Origin: Fimbriosthenelais zetlandica
Lineage: Eukaryota
NCBI GenBank assembly: GCA_977030845.1
Contig: OZ365118.1
Location: forward strand, 1,798,001-1,862,000
Direction of reading: 5' to 3'
DNA length: 64,000 bases
Of the stretch, positions 12,965 to 26,600 are shown one piece after another; the first letter of the stretch is position 1, and every line of letters begins with the position of its first letter. Below the pieces are notes generated by a model that saw only the letters and a program-made list of their open reading frames with translations, was not told the DNA's origin and did no database searches. The position numbers and the translations under genes are program-made.

Positions 12965-15862
12965 AGGGGAGTTTTTCATTGTGAACGACTCCCCCTGTCT
13001 GTGGACGGGGACGTCTAGTAATGCTGCTTGAAAAGGTCACAAGTTGTTTCTGATTTTCTGCTTGTTCGGCAAAACTCCCCATTTTTGTTTTGGTCTTGTA
13101 TGGATGAGAATTCAGTTTAAAAAGCTAACGTCTACAGACTCTATTCTATGTCGGTCCTGTTTACTGTCGTGAACAAGGTTGAATACATAGCTTACCACAG
13201 GGCATGATTTACATGTCTGAGTAACTTGATTCGTTTATTATTTTAAAGGATGACCCTCAGAATCAGTCTCATTGTCCCTCACTAGAGGATTCAAACTATG
13301 TCCTCTGTCCTCTGTCCAGTCAGGAGCATGGGACTAGTCACTAATAGATATAGGACTAGGCTAGACATGGGGACGAGGGCTATAGGCTATAAGCTATAAG
13401 CAGCCAGGGGCAGGGGTTTACTATATAGGGTGGAGTCTACTATCCCTCTGCCCTCTTACAAGATGTTATCCATGTCCTCCTCTTCCTGCTCCCCCCCCCC
13501 TTCCCCCCCGCCCCGCCTGTAAGACATAATCCTCCCGTCTCCTCCTGCGTCTCCCGGCTCCAGCCTGTCCCCCATCTCCTCCTGACATGACACAGCTGGT
13601 GGGACAGCCTGGTTTACATCTGATTACAGCCATTAGTCCCTAAAGCCATTTACCAGGTCTGCTACTGCAGGGCTAACCTACCATCCCGCCTAACCTACCA
13701 TCCCGCCTACCATCCTCCCTAAACTCACATAATGACGAACTTTAAAATAGATAAAACGCCTCCTGCACTAATGTAATCCAGTTAGCTTTATTATGCTAAA
13801 CGCCATCATAAGGAAGATCTAATCACCTCTATCCCGGCAATAGATAAAATATGAATATATTAGTCTCTACAATCAAAGTAGTAGATGGAGATGGGGGTGT
13901 TACTCAGGGTAGGGGAGTGGGTGAAGGTGCGGGGGAAGATGGACCAGTGATTGAAGGGACAAAGCCCTGGGAGAGTCTCCTAGCCTTGGTCAGTGCATTA
14001 TGCCACCAGCTGGCCATCACTTTGACCTATGTGTACTCAAGATGTGAGTCTTGGGTCCCTTCTCGAGCGCCCAAACAACTCCTTATTGGAGGCTAGTAGA
14101 GCTTTATGTGACTGGGCCGGTGGCTAACCTGGGGTACTTGGCCTCTTGCTCGTCTGAGCTGCTCACACAAGTGTGTGACTAACTCGCGAGTAATTCAGAA
14201 CGATTCTCATCGATTGGGAGCGTGGAGGAGGCCTGGCTCAGACAATTACACGGAGGCCAGGTTAGTCCTGAGAGTGAGAGCTGGACTAGCTTTACCCCTG
14301 AGCGGCTCAACCCTCCCTGAGCTGCTCCCGGGACTCCAGGTGCTTCTAATAGTGGAGGAGAGGGGCTCGCTACCTCGTCAAGATCACTGGGTAAAACCCT
14401 TGAAATTGGTTGGTGGCTGGTCAGCTTGGTTCGAGGGATGCCTGGCATACACAATCAGATATATCAACTTAACACTGGTGGTCTCTATTACCTTATAAAT
14501 ATCACTAAATGAATATTTTACCAACAACTTCATGACTGTATATAAACCCTGTAGATGGAAAATAACTTGTGATGAGTGAGTTTTGGAGCGCGGAAGGATC
14601 GCTCAACCCGTTGGACTATTGCAGCTAAAGTCAGAATAACATTGGGAGGTGGAGAATATTTTATTTGGAAGAAAAGTGGGCCCAGGGGAGTGTGGCGGAG
14701 GAGGGAAATCATGCATCGATCCGGGGCTGTCTATGTGGCCACCACTGGTGGTCTCGGCCATGTTTCATGGTTACCTAAATTGGTCATATCCTTCTCCTGA
14801 ACGATCTAGTAAATAGACGAAAATGATTCTCCCCAACTAGACTTGCTACTGTCCCCTTATCCCTCCACAGTATTTATATTCTACAGAATTAATAACAGTA
14901 GAATAGCTTGTTGCATTGTTGATGGCATGGACTTTAAATTAAATCTGAATTAAGGATTGGTTTATTTCTGTTTGCTGTAAGATTTTAGCAATTTCGGGGT
15001 GACTGAGCAAGTTGAGAGCAGGAGCGAGTCACTCATGGAGTTTGAAGTCAATACATGAGAGAATCATTCCTAACACGCATGCGTGCATCTATATTGGCCA
15101 ATTGAATGAAATAATGTGCTAACGGTGGCATGGGATTCTACTGCAGACTTTGGATGATTGTTTGCTTTCCAAACGCACGTCACTCTGATATGAATTAAGT
15201 TTATTGGGGGGAATATTTTAGATCTGCTGCAGAGCGAGTCAAGCAATCTTGATGTGAATGAAGGTGAGGTGGATCATGGGAAGTGATGAGGACTGGAGAA
15301 AAAGGGAAACGAAACCTGAAGAATGTGGGGGTAGATGTGGACAGGAGTTGGGGGATGGGGAATGGAAATGGTCTTATTGGAATGTGGATGAACTAAGCTG
15401 ATAATGGGGGAAATATAGACCTAGTTTATACTAGTATTCTATCACACTAGGTCAATATTGGTAGGTCAATACGATGGCTGACCAGTGATGAGCAGGGTGG
15501 AGTATGTGTAGAATACGTCATGATCCACCGACTTAGACGCCGCTAAATATGAAGCTTATTACCAACACCCTGTATTATCGCCCAGCCGCAAGTTGACTGT
15601 GGCGCCGCCCTGGTGTTGATTTGTCTATTGATTGATGGGTAAACTGACCATTGCCACGCTAGCTGCCCATTCATCCCTCTTCACCCCCCCCCCCCCCAAC
15701 CCCTGGTATTCATCACCTCTCTTTGATGCGCATGCGCCCCGTACTACATGGGATAAGGCGGAGACTCGGGATCAAATTTGATCCCAGGGAAACTAGAGAC
15801 ACCTAGCGGGCCGGGGGCAGAAACTGTTACCGTCTAGACACAATGTCGCTGAGGGAGCATCC

Positions 15863-15945
15863 CCCGCCCTGCCCCCACCCTGCCCCCACCCTGCCCCCAC
15901 CCAGCCCCCACCCTGCCCCCACCCTGCCCCCGCCCTGCCCCCCGC
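15863..15945. repeat. 11-bp C-rich tandem repeat (G4-forming on the - strand)
   Basis: Repeated ctgcccccacc units. Confidence 0.8.
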
Positions 15946-17581
15946 TATCTCTACATGTCACAGGCGGTAGTGAAGGACCATCTGTTCTCACCTTTAGTGA
16001 AATGTTGAGATGGTATCTGAGGACTATAGCATGATGAACCCTCACTATGTGGAGGTGTGTAGATTACACAAGGCACGTGAAGAATTCCCTCATAGGATGG
16101 TCAGTGTAGGACATTGACCCTCACTGATCCACCCAGTGGTGAGGCGGCTTATCGTATTACAGACAGGGTCACTGCATGCTTAATGACGCTTAATTAATAT
16201 AAGAAAATAGAGATGGATGAAGCAGGTGGAGGATGAATCATGAACGAGCAGGAAGGTGAGGACAGTGATTGATATAACCTGCTCACTGCCCCATGTCATC
16301 CTCCTCTCTCACTTCATTCATTCCACCATGGTTAAATCAGTAAATCAGCATTTCTTCTATTTCAAACTTTTCATCAGAATCAGATCAGTAAACAGATGTT
16401 TTGGATCATAAACCCAGGTCCAGTGTTGAAATATTCATCTCATAACATTGATTATAATCGAGCCATGCTCTGCGCCCACTCTTTGCTCTGACCTTGACCC
16501 TGACCCTGACTTGACCTTGTGACCTCGGGTTGACATTGCGTGGTAATGGTCAGGTGACCTTGTGAAGGTCACGTGATGACAGGGCTGGTCACGTGGTGTG
16601 AGATGTAGAGAGTGATCCCTCACCGACGTGAGGTTCAGCCCATGGTTAACTCAAGATAGGACTATGATAAATATTCAGGGCTATCATAAAATATTCAACC
16701 ATTTCTAAAGAAAAAACACATTCCCCTCACTTATATATTCATTTATATTATATTTCAGCAATACCTCAACCTAATAAATGAGTATTCTGACATTCCAAAG
16801 TCGTGAAATCTAATATAAACTGAGTTCATTGTCCGCCGTCTCATTATTTAACAAGTAAATAGTTTCTCTATTAAATCTAAATGCGGGTTTCCAATCAGAC
16901 AACAGAGAAGTTCATGTTCCTCGCGTGATTCAAGAATAAAAACAATGCCTTACCAGTAGCTTCATTGTGTGAGCTGTGATGGGAACCCATTAAGATTCCA
17001 ATATTAGAAAGACTGACAGTGGATTGTGATCATGTAGGCGGAATGTGAGAGTGTTGAGGTATGGGAGGGTATGTGGGCTGGGTGGGCTGGGTGCGGGGCC
17101 GGGTGGGTGCAGTACTCGGGTCTTTTGTATGATTGCGTGACGATGGTATAAGATGACTGTTGTTACTTGCAGATGAATGGTGTGTGAAGGAGCGGAGGAT
17201 TGATGGGCACCATCATCAGTTATAACAGGTGAGTAACTCTGGCTTGTGAGCAGCTCGAGGGAGGCGGGGCATTCTGTACCAACCCGGGTACCCATACTAC
17301 TCCCATACATCTACTATCCTGGTTTACATGGGCAGAGTTGCCCTTGTGCCAACAGCAGGGACAGCTAAGTAGATATAAAATAGTTACTGATACAATTTAT
17401 TGAAAATGAACAACTAAGTATGCCTTGTTCATCTCGTGAAAAGGAATTAAAAGGGTCTGGAATGATAATGAGCATCCACTTTATACCTGAGTGTCCCCAG
17501 TGTTATTTTGAGAGCAGTTGATGAACTGCTCATTAGTATAAGATAACATGTGAACTGTTTTATCTACTCACAATAAACGCC

Positions 17582-17656
17582 GGTTATTATCATTATAACG
17601 GGTCATTATCATTATAACGGGTTATTATCATTATAACGGGTTATTATCATTATAAA
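17582..17656. repeat. 20-bp minisatellite, ~4 copies
   Basis: ggttattatcattataacg(g) units. Confidence 0.9.
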
Positions 17657-19574
17657 ATATAACAAACATGGTTATAAAGGTAAGCCAGGCTGAAATAAGG
17701 AGGACAAGTGACTAGATAATATGTTTATACAGCTCGAGGTAAGAAATTGGATTCATAAGAGTGGAGATGACGTTGAAGTAGGGGTTTATGTCACGTTTCT
17801 GAGTCAGGGAAGTATTATGAAGATATCAGTATTATTTATATGGTCGATCATAGGGTTAGCATTATGAAAATATGACACGTTTAGAATTAATGCACTTTGC
17901 TTGAGTGGATTTGAATCATTAGGATGGAAGCCTCTGGCATTAAAGCCCATACAGTACCATATATCTACAACTAATAGTGTCAGAATTAGCGGAATATGAA
18001 GATATAAACTGTTAGTCTATATAAAGGAAATACTGTCAACAATGATACTTGGCCCTAGTCCCACAACTCTCCTAAATTAACTTTAATTACATACAAAACC
18101 ATAGGCTGATAAATCATATTAAGAATGAGGGGATGAGTTATGCTTCCTAATAGAGTTTTAGCTGGCGGGCTTGTCTTATTTCTTGGAGCACGTCCAGTGT
18201 TATTTATTTTTACCGTGTTTTTGTGTAATTTAATGTTAAGCTTCACCTCCAGCTATGTTCTCATGTCTTAGTACGTCAGTGGGAGACGTATTTCATTATT
18301 CATCACTTTATATAAACATTAATACACATCTTTGTTTATAAGAATTATTTGAAGAGTGTAATAATTTATAGAAGATTGACCATTGTTCTTCAATCCAGGG
18401 TATTCCGCCTGTACTGGGTTTTATATTCAGCCGTCCCTCCCGCTGTCTTCGTCCTTGAATATTAAGATTTGTCATACAATCTGCCCCCATCCTCCGCCTT
18501 TCCCCACTTTCATTGTTCAATACAAGTAAATTGTTTTGAGGCCCGTGTTCATATTGAGTGATTGTTCTTGGTGAGTACACATTAAGGCCGGTATCAGATT
18601 CTCATGTACCGAGCTCTCATCAATAGAGATTACCGGCTGAAGCCTGGAAACAGATAATGAAAAACGCAATAGTTGAATACCGTACAGAGTATTGTTACAC
18701 CTGTACGATCCTTGATGAGCGCTCGCCTCACGACCTCTCTCAGCTCGCCTTATGAACCTCCCATTAGTCTGTCTTTACATTTTTTCCCCTCTTTGACCTC
18801 ATTAATTCAGACAAACAGGGCATTTCAATTTAAAACCGATTTATAGACGCTTGACTTGTTAAACATTCAGGACGTAGCTTCCTGACCTGACCTGTAGGAT
18901 GAATAATCCAGCATGAGTTGATTACAGTTAAGGTGCTATAAGACTAGTGGGTGGATTGTTGATCATGCCATCAATGTCCACCTCTCTGACCCTACTGGTC
19001 ATTCACACCCCCAGGCTGGCTATATTAACATAATTAAACCTCATATTATACCACACCCAAAACTATTTTTTGAACAAACACTTTAGTTTAATCAAACAAG
19101 ATGAAGGTTGACCTGGAAACTTTCATCCTGCTAGGACCTTCCCATACAAAACCAGACCTTTTCATGAATTGATACCTATTCACAAGCATCTATTAATGTA
19201 AAAATCACCAAAAATGTTTGTATATTTTTGGTGAGAGTGTAGGTGGTTGATTGCACTTATTAACCCTTGATGCCCGGAGCACGGAGCGTGAAGGTGAACA
19301 TTTAACCCTCCACTAACCATGATTGGCATGTAGTATTATAATGAGTGCCATGACAGGCTATCATGACAGGCTATCATGACAGGGGTGGACTATTAATGAT
19401 TATAGTCATAATTACTCACTGTGTCAGGGTGGTTATATCAACCATCTAACGCCCATTATCATTACTATCACCCATTATCATCATACAGCCATTACTATCA
19501 AAGTGTCACTCACTATTATAGACTGGTGGTGATTTCATATATAATCTATAACGTCATGTATGTTGATGAAATGC

Positions 19575-19805
19575 TTTACAAACCCTGATATTATCTTCAC
19601 AAACCCTGATATTATCTTCACACACCCTGATATTACCTTCACAAACCCTGATATTATCTTCACAAACCCTGATATTATCTTCACAAACCCTGATATTATC
19701 TTCACACACCCTGATATTACCTTCACAAACCCTGATATTATCTTCACAAACCCTGATATTACCTTCACAAACCCTGATATTATCTTCACAAACCCTGATA
19801 TTATC
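19575..19805. repeat. 21-bp minisatellite, 11 copies
   Basis: ttcacaaaccctgatattatc units. It explains the spurious ORFs 19535-19789 and 19560-20021. Confidence 0.95.
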
Positions 19806-22800
19806 TTCGCAAATCTTGCCTATAGTCTATTTACTCTGTCTATAATTCTAATAACAGACCTCACTAAAGTGACCATCCATCTATCAAAATGTTTAAACAC
19901 AACTAAGACATTAAAACTACAGTCTTTCCATGCGTCTACAATTAGTTATGACGTTTGTACTTCACCATTAGTAAATGTCACCTATGGAGATGTAGACATT
20001 GTCCCTGTAATTCCGCTATAATATACGCCTCCACCTGGACTGACTGGTGCTGGGTATACAAGTTTAGTGTATTGATTTTTACATTGTTTGATGTAAACTT
20101 TGATTTGAAACATGCAGGTAAATGAGGCGCGTCAAGGCCAGCGTCTGTCAATTTGACAGAGATTGGCAAGGTTGACTTTGTTATCTTTTAGACAAAGGGG
20201 AAGACAAGGCCATGTCAGTAGACAAGGCCATGGATGTATATAGTCACAGGTGTAGGGGGTTAACCTGGGGTCAGGTGAGCGGGGTGAGGAGGGGGGGGGG
20301 GTGGGGGGGGGGGTAGAGGTAGATACAGGGTATTATCATAGACAGATTATCTGTATTAATACTATAGGAAGAGGGAGGGCGTGAAGCGGCAAAGGAGGGA
20401 AGAGATGGGAAGTGGAGAAACGAGAAAGGGGAAGACAGAATATATGGGGTAATGGAGGAGGGAGGATGTAGGGGAAGCCCCCATGGCTGGTGAATGCATG
20501 TGTGACCCATTCCCTGCTGATTCCCCTCACTCCCACCTCTTCCCACCTCATCATTGTCCTTCTTCCCGGGACAGTAAACATGCTTTCATGCGGGAGCAAT
20601 TAATCCTCGCCTTTCTAATGCAATGGCGAGTCAAAAAGTGGGCATGATTTTTATGGAATGCAATTCAATTATAGCCCCCCGGCTTGTCCCACTACATTCC
20701 TCCCCCAGCCTCCCAGCACCAACCAATACGCCCAACTCCCGACGCCCATAGCGTCCTCAACACGACGCACTGGTCGTCAATAAATGATATATTGGGGAGA
20801 CTATTTTTGTGGGGTTGTTCACATTTTTTGCCTGAGGGGGGTGACGGTTCTGGGCCGTCATGATTTGACGTGAATGACAGACGTCGTGGTCATGGGAATT
20901 AATGAAATAATAGAGCGAGGCGGGATCAGTGGTCTAATGAATATGATCAGGCCGCGAGCAACTCCCACCTACCCCCCCCCCCCCCCCCCACACACACACA
21001 CCCCGGGCTATAGGCTCAGGCTACAGGTCGAGCTGCTCAGACAGTCAGCTGTGAAAAACAATGACATGGCAGGAGGAACATTAATTGAAAAAGCCTGACT
21101 CGTGGGTCATCATCTCCCGGGATGTGTCCCCATGTAGGGCTTCATGTAGATGTGAATACTCAAAACCTCACTCTGTGTCGTTAAAAACAAGGCTTATCAT
21201 ATACTGCACACAAGATGGTTTGCCATTATGCCATTGTATGAATAATATCAGGAGGGATATCTCACAAACCATATTAGTTTTACTTCATATTACATGATAT
21301 ATAACGAGAGTAATTGTCAGTTGAAATAGTCTATAGGTAGAGGATGATTGATAATTAAGTATTCCTCTAGTGTGATTAATCTAACTCTGACTATACCCCC
21401 CCCCGTGTAGAGGTGATGATGAGGTGGTGGTGAATTATTATTAATGTATACCTCTAATTACTGACCCATGTCCACCCCGCCCCCTACACCTACACCTACC
21501 ATCTATGTGGTCATCCTTGGCGCCTATCTTTATGTTATTGATTATCTCCAGTCTTTACCTGGCAAGACTGGGCTGTATCTATTAACAGAACATCCACACT
21601 GACTCACAGATGCTCACTGACATGGCATAGTTAGACTTATAGTAAGACTTATTCCATAAAGAGTCGCTCAGTGGCATAGATAGACTTAGTTCATAGGCAT
21701 TTGCTCACCGACATGGTATCGCAAGACTTAGTACATAGAGATTTGCTCACTGGCCTGGCATAGTACATAGAGAGTCGCTCATTCTCATGACATGTTTAAT
21801 ACCTCTGTCTTTAATCCCTGTAGATTAACTATTACCTATTGTTTGCTAACTGTGTTAATTCCGCGGATTACGTCTATTGTTGTGCCCCATACATCCATCA
21901 CGCCTGGCCGTGCAGCCCGGGGTCTGACCGGATCTAATTGATCTGTAATCACCTGTTAATGAGTGCCATGCTCCAGGCTTCATTCATCTACATTACCCAT
22001 GAACCTCTATGCTTCCATCTCGTCCTGGTTTTTGTGCTGATAATCTGGGGTAATCGTATGGAATAATTACAGCTCGATTAAAGCCTTTGTTACAGACCTC
22101 GCCACAAGACTCTCCCTCTTATCTATACTCCAGTAAGGGCCCCTTCATACAGTGCTTCCCTGTTTTCCCGCTAGTCTTAAGTGTGAGTGAGTACTTGCTC
22201 AAGACTGGAAGTCTTCCAACACAACAAGTTGGAAACACACTCTCGGCAAACAATGGCCTGCTCTTTTCAATGGCCTGCTGATTCATTTAAATGCCCCCGA
22301 ACATAGACAGTGGGAGACATGGCTGGCCTTTATTGACCTTGTTAAAGCTCTAGGGAACAATGGTAGGCCTACATTTAGTGAAAGTTTGAGGACTCGAACC
22401 CGTGAGTTCCCAAAGCCAAACACCCTAGTTAGGTGGGATTGAGACTGGATCGTTGAGAGGACGCCCGGAACAGATGGACCGGGAATTAAATACTTGTACC
22501 TTAATTATTCATTGATGAGTTACCATATTTGACGGTGGGTGAGTTGAGGTGGTTAATTAGAGGGTGTGTTAGGCCATGATTACCCTGCCTTACACTGCTT
22601 CAATCATGGATGACTCACTATTCTCCCCAAATTAAAACCATCTTCAACATTCAAGTCATACAATAATCCTTCCCCTTTCATTGGTGACATTTCCTTTCGA
22701 GGAACTTAAGTTTCCAACGACAAACATGCAAAGCTTATTAAATAATTAAGTTTGCTCTGTATGGTGAATTTACAGACACATCGTGGGAATAACTACATTA

Positions 22801-23680
22801 ATATCAGTCAGATTCAGATATTAACTTGGTTCTATGATTATTAGAGTAAAATCACTGCCCAAAAATGATCATGTTTACAAAGATGTACAAGTAATGTTGG
22901 TGCTCATGTAGATGAGCCCAGCCTTTGAGCCTATCAGATTATGATGAATAATCCATGTTACTACCAGTATATATATGATTATAATTGACTTCCGTATGTT
23001 TCATACTGAGATCAAAGCCCCATGTCAGTCACATCTGACCTTACAGAGGTTGATATTTCCCTGCGGGGTAACTTGATACAGTGAGGCGGAACCCGGGTCT
23101 ACACCAGCCTGGACGCGGGGAATTACACATAATTACTGATATTATACTCTCACATGGTCATTATTTTCATTATGAATATGGTACATTAACTCTTGTTTGA
23201 ATAGTTTGGTTTTGGAGGGATGTGGGAATTGGGACAGTCGTGAATGGCATTCATTTCCTGGCTTAGTCAGGGCTTGGATCCCTTCCTGATGCTCCCCCAC
23301 GAAAAACAAAAAAAGTGAAAGATTAGGATTCAGGCATGTGTCATTCTGTCCAAGCTTATAGCAGGAACATGTTAAGCTATCTGTTTAGACCTGGATCTAT
23401 TTCTGTTTAGACTCGGATCTGTTTCTGTTCAGACTTGGATCTGTCTAGTATGTAACTAACCATTGTTTGGGTTCAGGATTAAGCTAAGCTCTACAACTCC
23501 TCCTAATCTGCCTTAATCCACCCAGATTAGTGACACCCTCACCTGTGACTGGTCCATTGTATCAATGTTTGCTGGTTTAAGTGATATTTGCTGGGTTTAC
23601 TTTAGTTTTTAACAGCTGAAGTAGGAATAAGAAAGCTCCCTCACCATCCCGCCCCCTGGTCTACCTCCCCCACACCACCC

Positions 23681-23693
23681 CGCCCCCTAGTGG
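23681..23693 (-). promoter_or_regulatory. CTCF-consensus motif CCACTAGGGGGCG
   Basis: Exact match to CCASYAGRKGGCR on the - strand. A partial copy lies at 23650-23661. Confidence 0.45.
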
Positions 23694-26600
23694 TGGTAAA
23701 GTAATAAATTGCCGCCATTGTTCCCAGCATGCACACCCTGCATTCATCCACCATTTCCGTTTCCGGTGCCTTTCTTGCCGCAGCCATTATGTGTGACTGT
23801 GTGATGTGAGTTTGTATAGTAAATGATATATTGTATTAGCTGAGGCCAGGAGGGGGGGGGGTGAACAAAGTGTGGCTGCGGTGGGAGCTACCCACCACCA
23901 TCACTAATACCATCCACAGACCACTTTCTAATACCATTCTCTATTAAAATTCATCCATGGATTATCTGGGCCTTGGTTACATGTATGTACATACATTATT
24001 TAAATGTATTACAGTGTACAACATTGCCCTCTGTACATGTATTATACCCCTATAGACTTATACCATCTCAAAAGGTACCAAATCCCCAGCCTGATCGTAC
24101 ACCAAGTAAGCTGATATTCCCCAATAGTTTGTCCATTAGAATGTGATGAAGAGCGTGCTATGTTGGAGATAAGCTGTATATGTAGGTACATGTATGTGAG
24201 ATGAAGCGCCAGCTTATTTATATTCATCCCCTCCACTAAGTACAAAGCATTTTTATTCCCTCTGGTTATTTTTATTCTTCCTCCGGGCCTCTTAAATCTC
24301 CTCCTTTTGAAAAAAGGAGGAGAAAAAAGAGTTTCTTTAAAAGTGGCTGGTGGGAGCGTCCAGTGGGGAGTGAGCTGGGGCTATCAGTGAGCTACTCTCA
24401 GTGAGCTGGAGCAGTTCAGTGAGCTGGAGCAGTTCAGTGAGCGTCCACAGTCCAGCCTAATACTGCCGGCCGTACTAATGCCCCCATTCAGTCCCGCATG
24501 GACCACAGTTTTCCTCCTGATTTGATTTAGAATTTAATGTTAATTTCTATAAACAAGCTCAGAGTTTTGCTATGTTTAAAAAAGTCATTTCCATCAAGTT
24601 TCGATCCCCTCGGCACCCAGGCCAAAACGTGGCACGCACATCTGATAATTTGATTTCTTCTGGACAGACGATTTGACAATTAAAAGAAATCATTGTAAAA
24701 TCGCTCCATACTTCCATCGCAATTTTCAGCTGGAGCGGATTGATATGGTGATTGGGAGATGTATTGTGTGGGATCAATATATGTCATTAGTATTTAATTG
24801 TGTGTGTATTCTGTATTGTCATGTCTCAGTTAGGACGCACAGTTAGGGCTACATTCAGTTCACATGGGAATCAAGTCAACACGCAACACCTAATTAAAGA
24901 TTGAAACCAATGTCTGTGTCGCTCATTGGCCTGCACATCATCTGTATTGTCCTATTGCATTCAATTCTCCCTCCACTCATGCGTTCTGCCATCCCCAATG
25001 TAAACTTGTGTTAGGCAGAAAATATCCCATACCAGAAGTAAGTTTAGGATCTGTATCGATCTGCAGGACTATAAGAAAGCCCTCGGGAATCAATACAAAT
25101 GGTATTTAGTTTAAAATTCCAAAAATATTCAGGAGACTGGTGGTGTGGGATGAGGTAGGGTAAGCCTGCAATTCCCTCCACCGACATACACCGCCGTCTA
25201 AAGCACCTCGTCTGAGGTAAGTTATTTTAAAAAGCTCTTTTTTCGTCCACAGTTTGAAAAAGGCCTGGCAGATTTTGTATTTGTGCTGTGGTAGGAAGGT
25301 TGTATGTTTTTGTCGTCTATAGCATTGTGAGCAGGAGCGTTGAGCAGGTGGGAGTTAAAGCTTGTAATCCCGATATAAGGCCAGGCATCCCGCCCGCCCT
25401 CCACACTCCACCAACCTTCACCCACCAACATAAAACATGGAAAACACCAAGCCATTAGCTTTAAATAATTGATTACTTTTTGCTCCTGTCGCAAATGTTT
25501 ATAATTCTCTGCCGGGCGATATATAAAAAGCAGGCTTGGCAGCATTGTGAAATAGATGGCACAGTATTTTTATACTTTTATATATAAATAGTGCATATAG
25601 ACAGTAACAGGAGCAGAGTAAATGTAACACTGGGTGAAGCGGTAATATAGGGGATCCACTAAGTCAGGAGATTGAAGCGATAAGACTTCATTGATAGATC
25701 TTCATTGATAGATCTTCATTGATAGATCCTCATTGATAGATCTAATCATCTGATGATCAGATTGCCTCGTGATCGGTTCCATAAGCGATTTTTAACATTA
25801 TCGCTTCTCTCCCAAGCGAAATATAAAATGTTGCTTTATGAAATATTGGAGGACGTACAGAAAACGATGTTTACTTCTACACGATGCTGGCATCTGGTAG
25901 AGAGTCGTGATGAGTGTGGGCGGTATGAGCAGAAGAAGAATGATATAATATATACAGATGAGTACACATAGACTGTACGAGGTAAAGACTACAGCTTACA
26001 CACAATGAGAGACCATCTATGCTCCTCATGAGCTGGCTCATCTTCATTGTTCTTGTAGGCCCCTGGGAGGGCAATGTTCTCTTATACTGGAGCAGTGTGG
26101 CTATATCAGGGGTGTATACATACAGTATTATGGGTTACTTCATTACCATGTTCTGTGTTATAAGCAGCCCCTTATTACATGCCCATTATGTACTGGGGTG
26201 AAATACAAGAGGTCATATGGTACTCGTTACATACACCCCTACATTAGAAATGAAGTAAATTGGCGTATAATAAATGTCATGGCACTTGTGTTCGCCTCAT
26301 AACCAAGTTGTGAAGCTAGAATATAATTGAGCAGCAATAGTTTGAATTATTGCTAGTTTGTGAGAGTTCTCTGACAAACTTGTTTCGGGGTATGAGAAGA
26401 AATGCTCCCAATTAAGCCGGTATGATTGAGGCGATGTGAAGAGAAAATGAGAAAGATCTCCTAATTAGACGAGCGGCAATGTTATCACAGCGGTAGAAGT
26501 TCATCACAACTTAATCTGATCAAATTAAAACGGGAAAAGATCGTCAAGATTAAAGTCCAAAGGCAACTCGACCTAGATCCGGCGTCCCTTCATGTAGAGT

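Noticed and set aside
7611-14800. Assorted 60-120 aa ORFs (e.g. 7690-8016, 9521-9877, 14175-14498)
   Set aside because: They have no recognisable domains and no consistent splice-phase chain, and their lengths are expected by chance.
19535-20021. ORFs of FTNPDII / KIISGFV repeats
   Set aside because: They are translations of a stop-free 21-bp minisatellite on both strands, with no splice or domain support.
22390-22440. tRNA gene (B-box GGTTCGAGTCC on the - strand)
   Set aside because: No cloverleaf or convincing A-box could be built. At most it is a decayed tRNA-derived SINE head.
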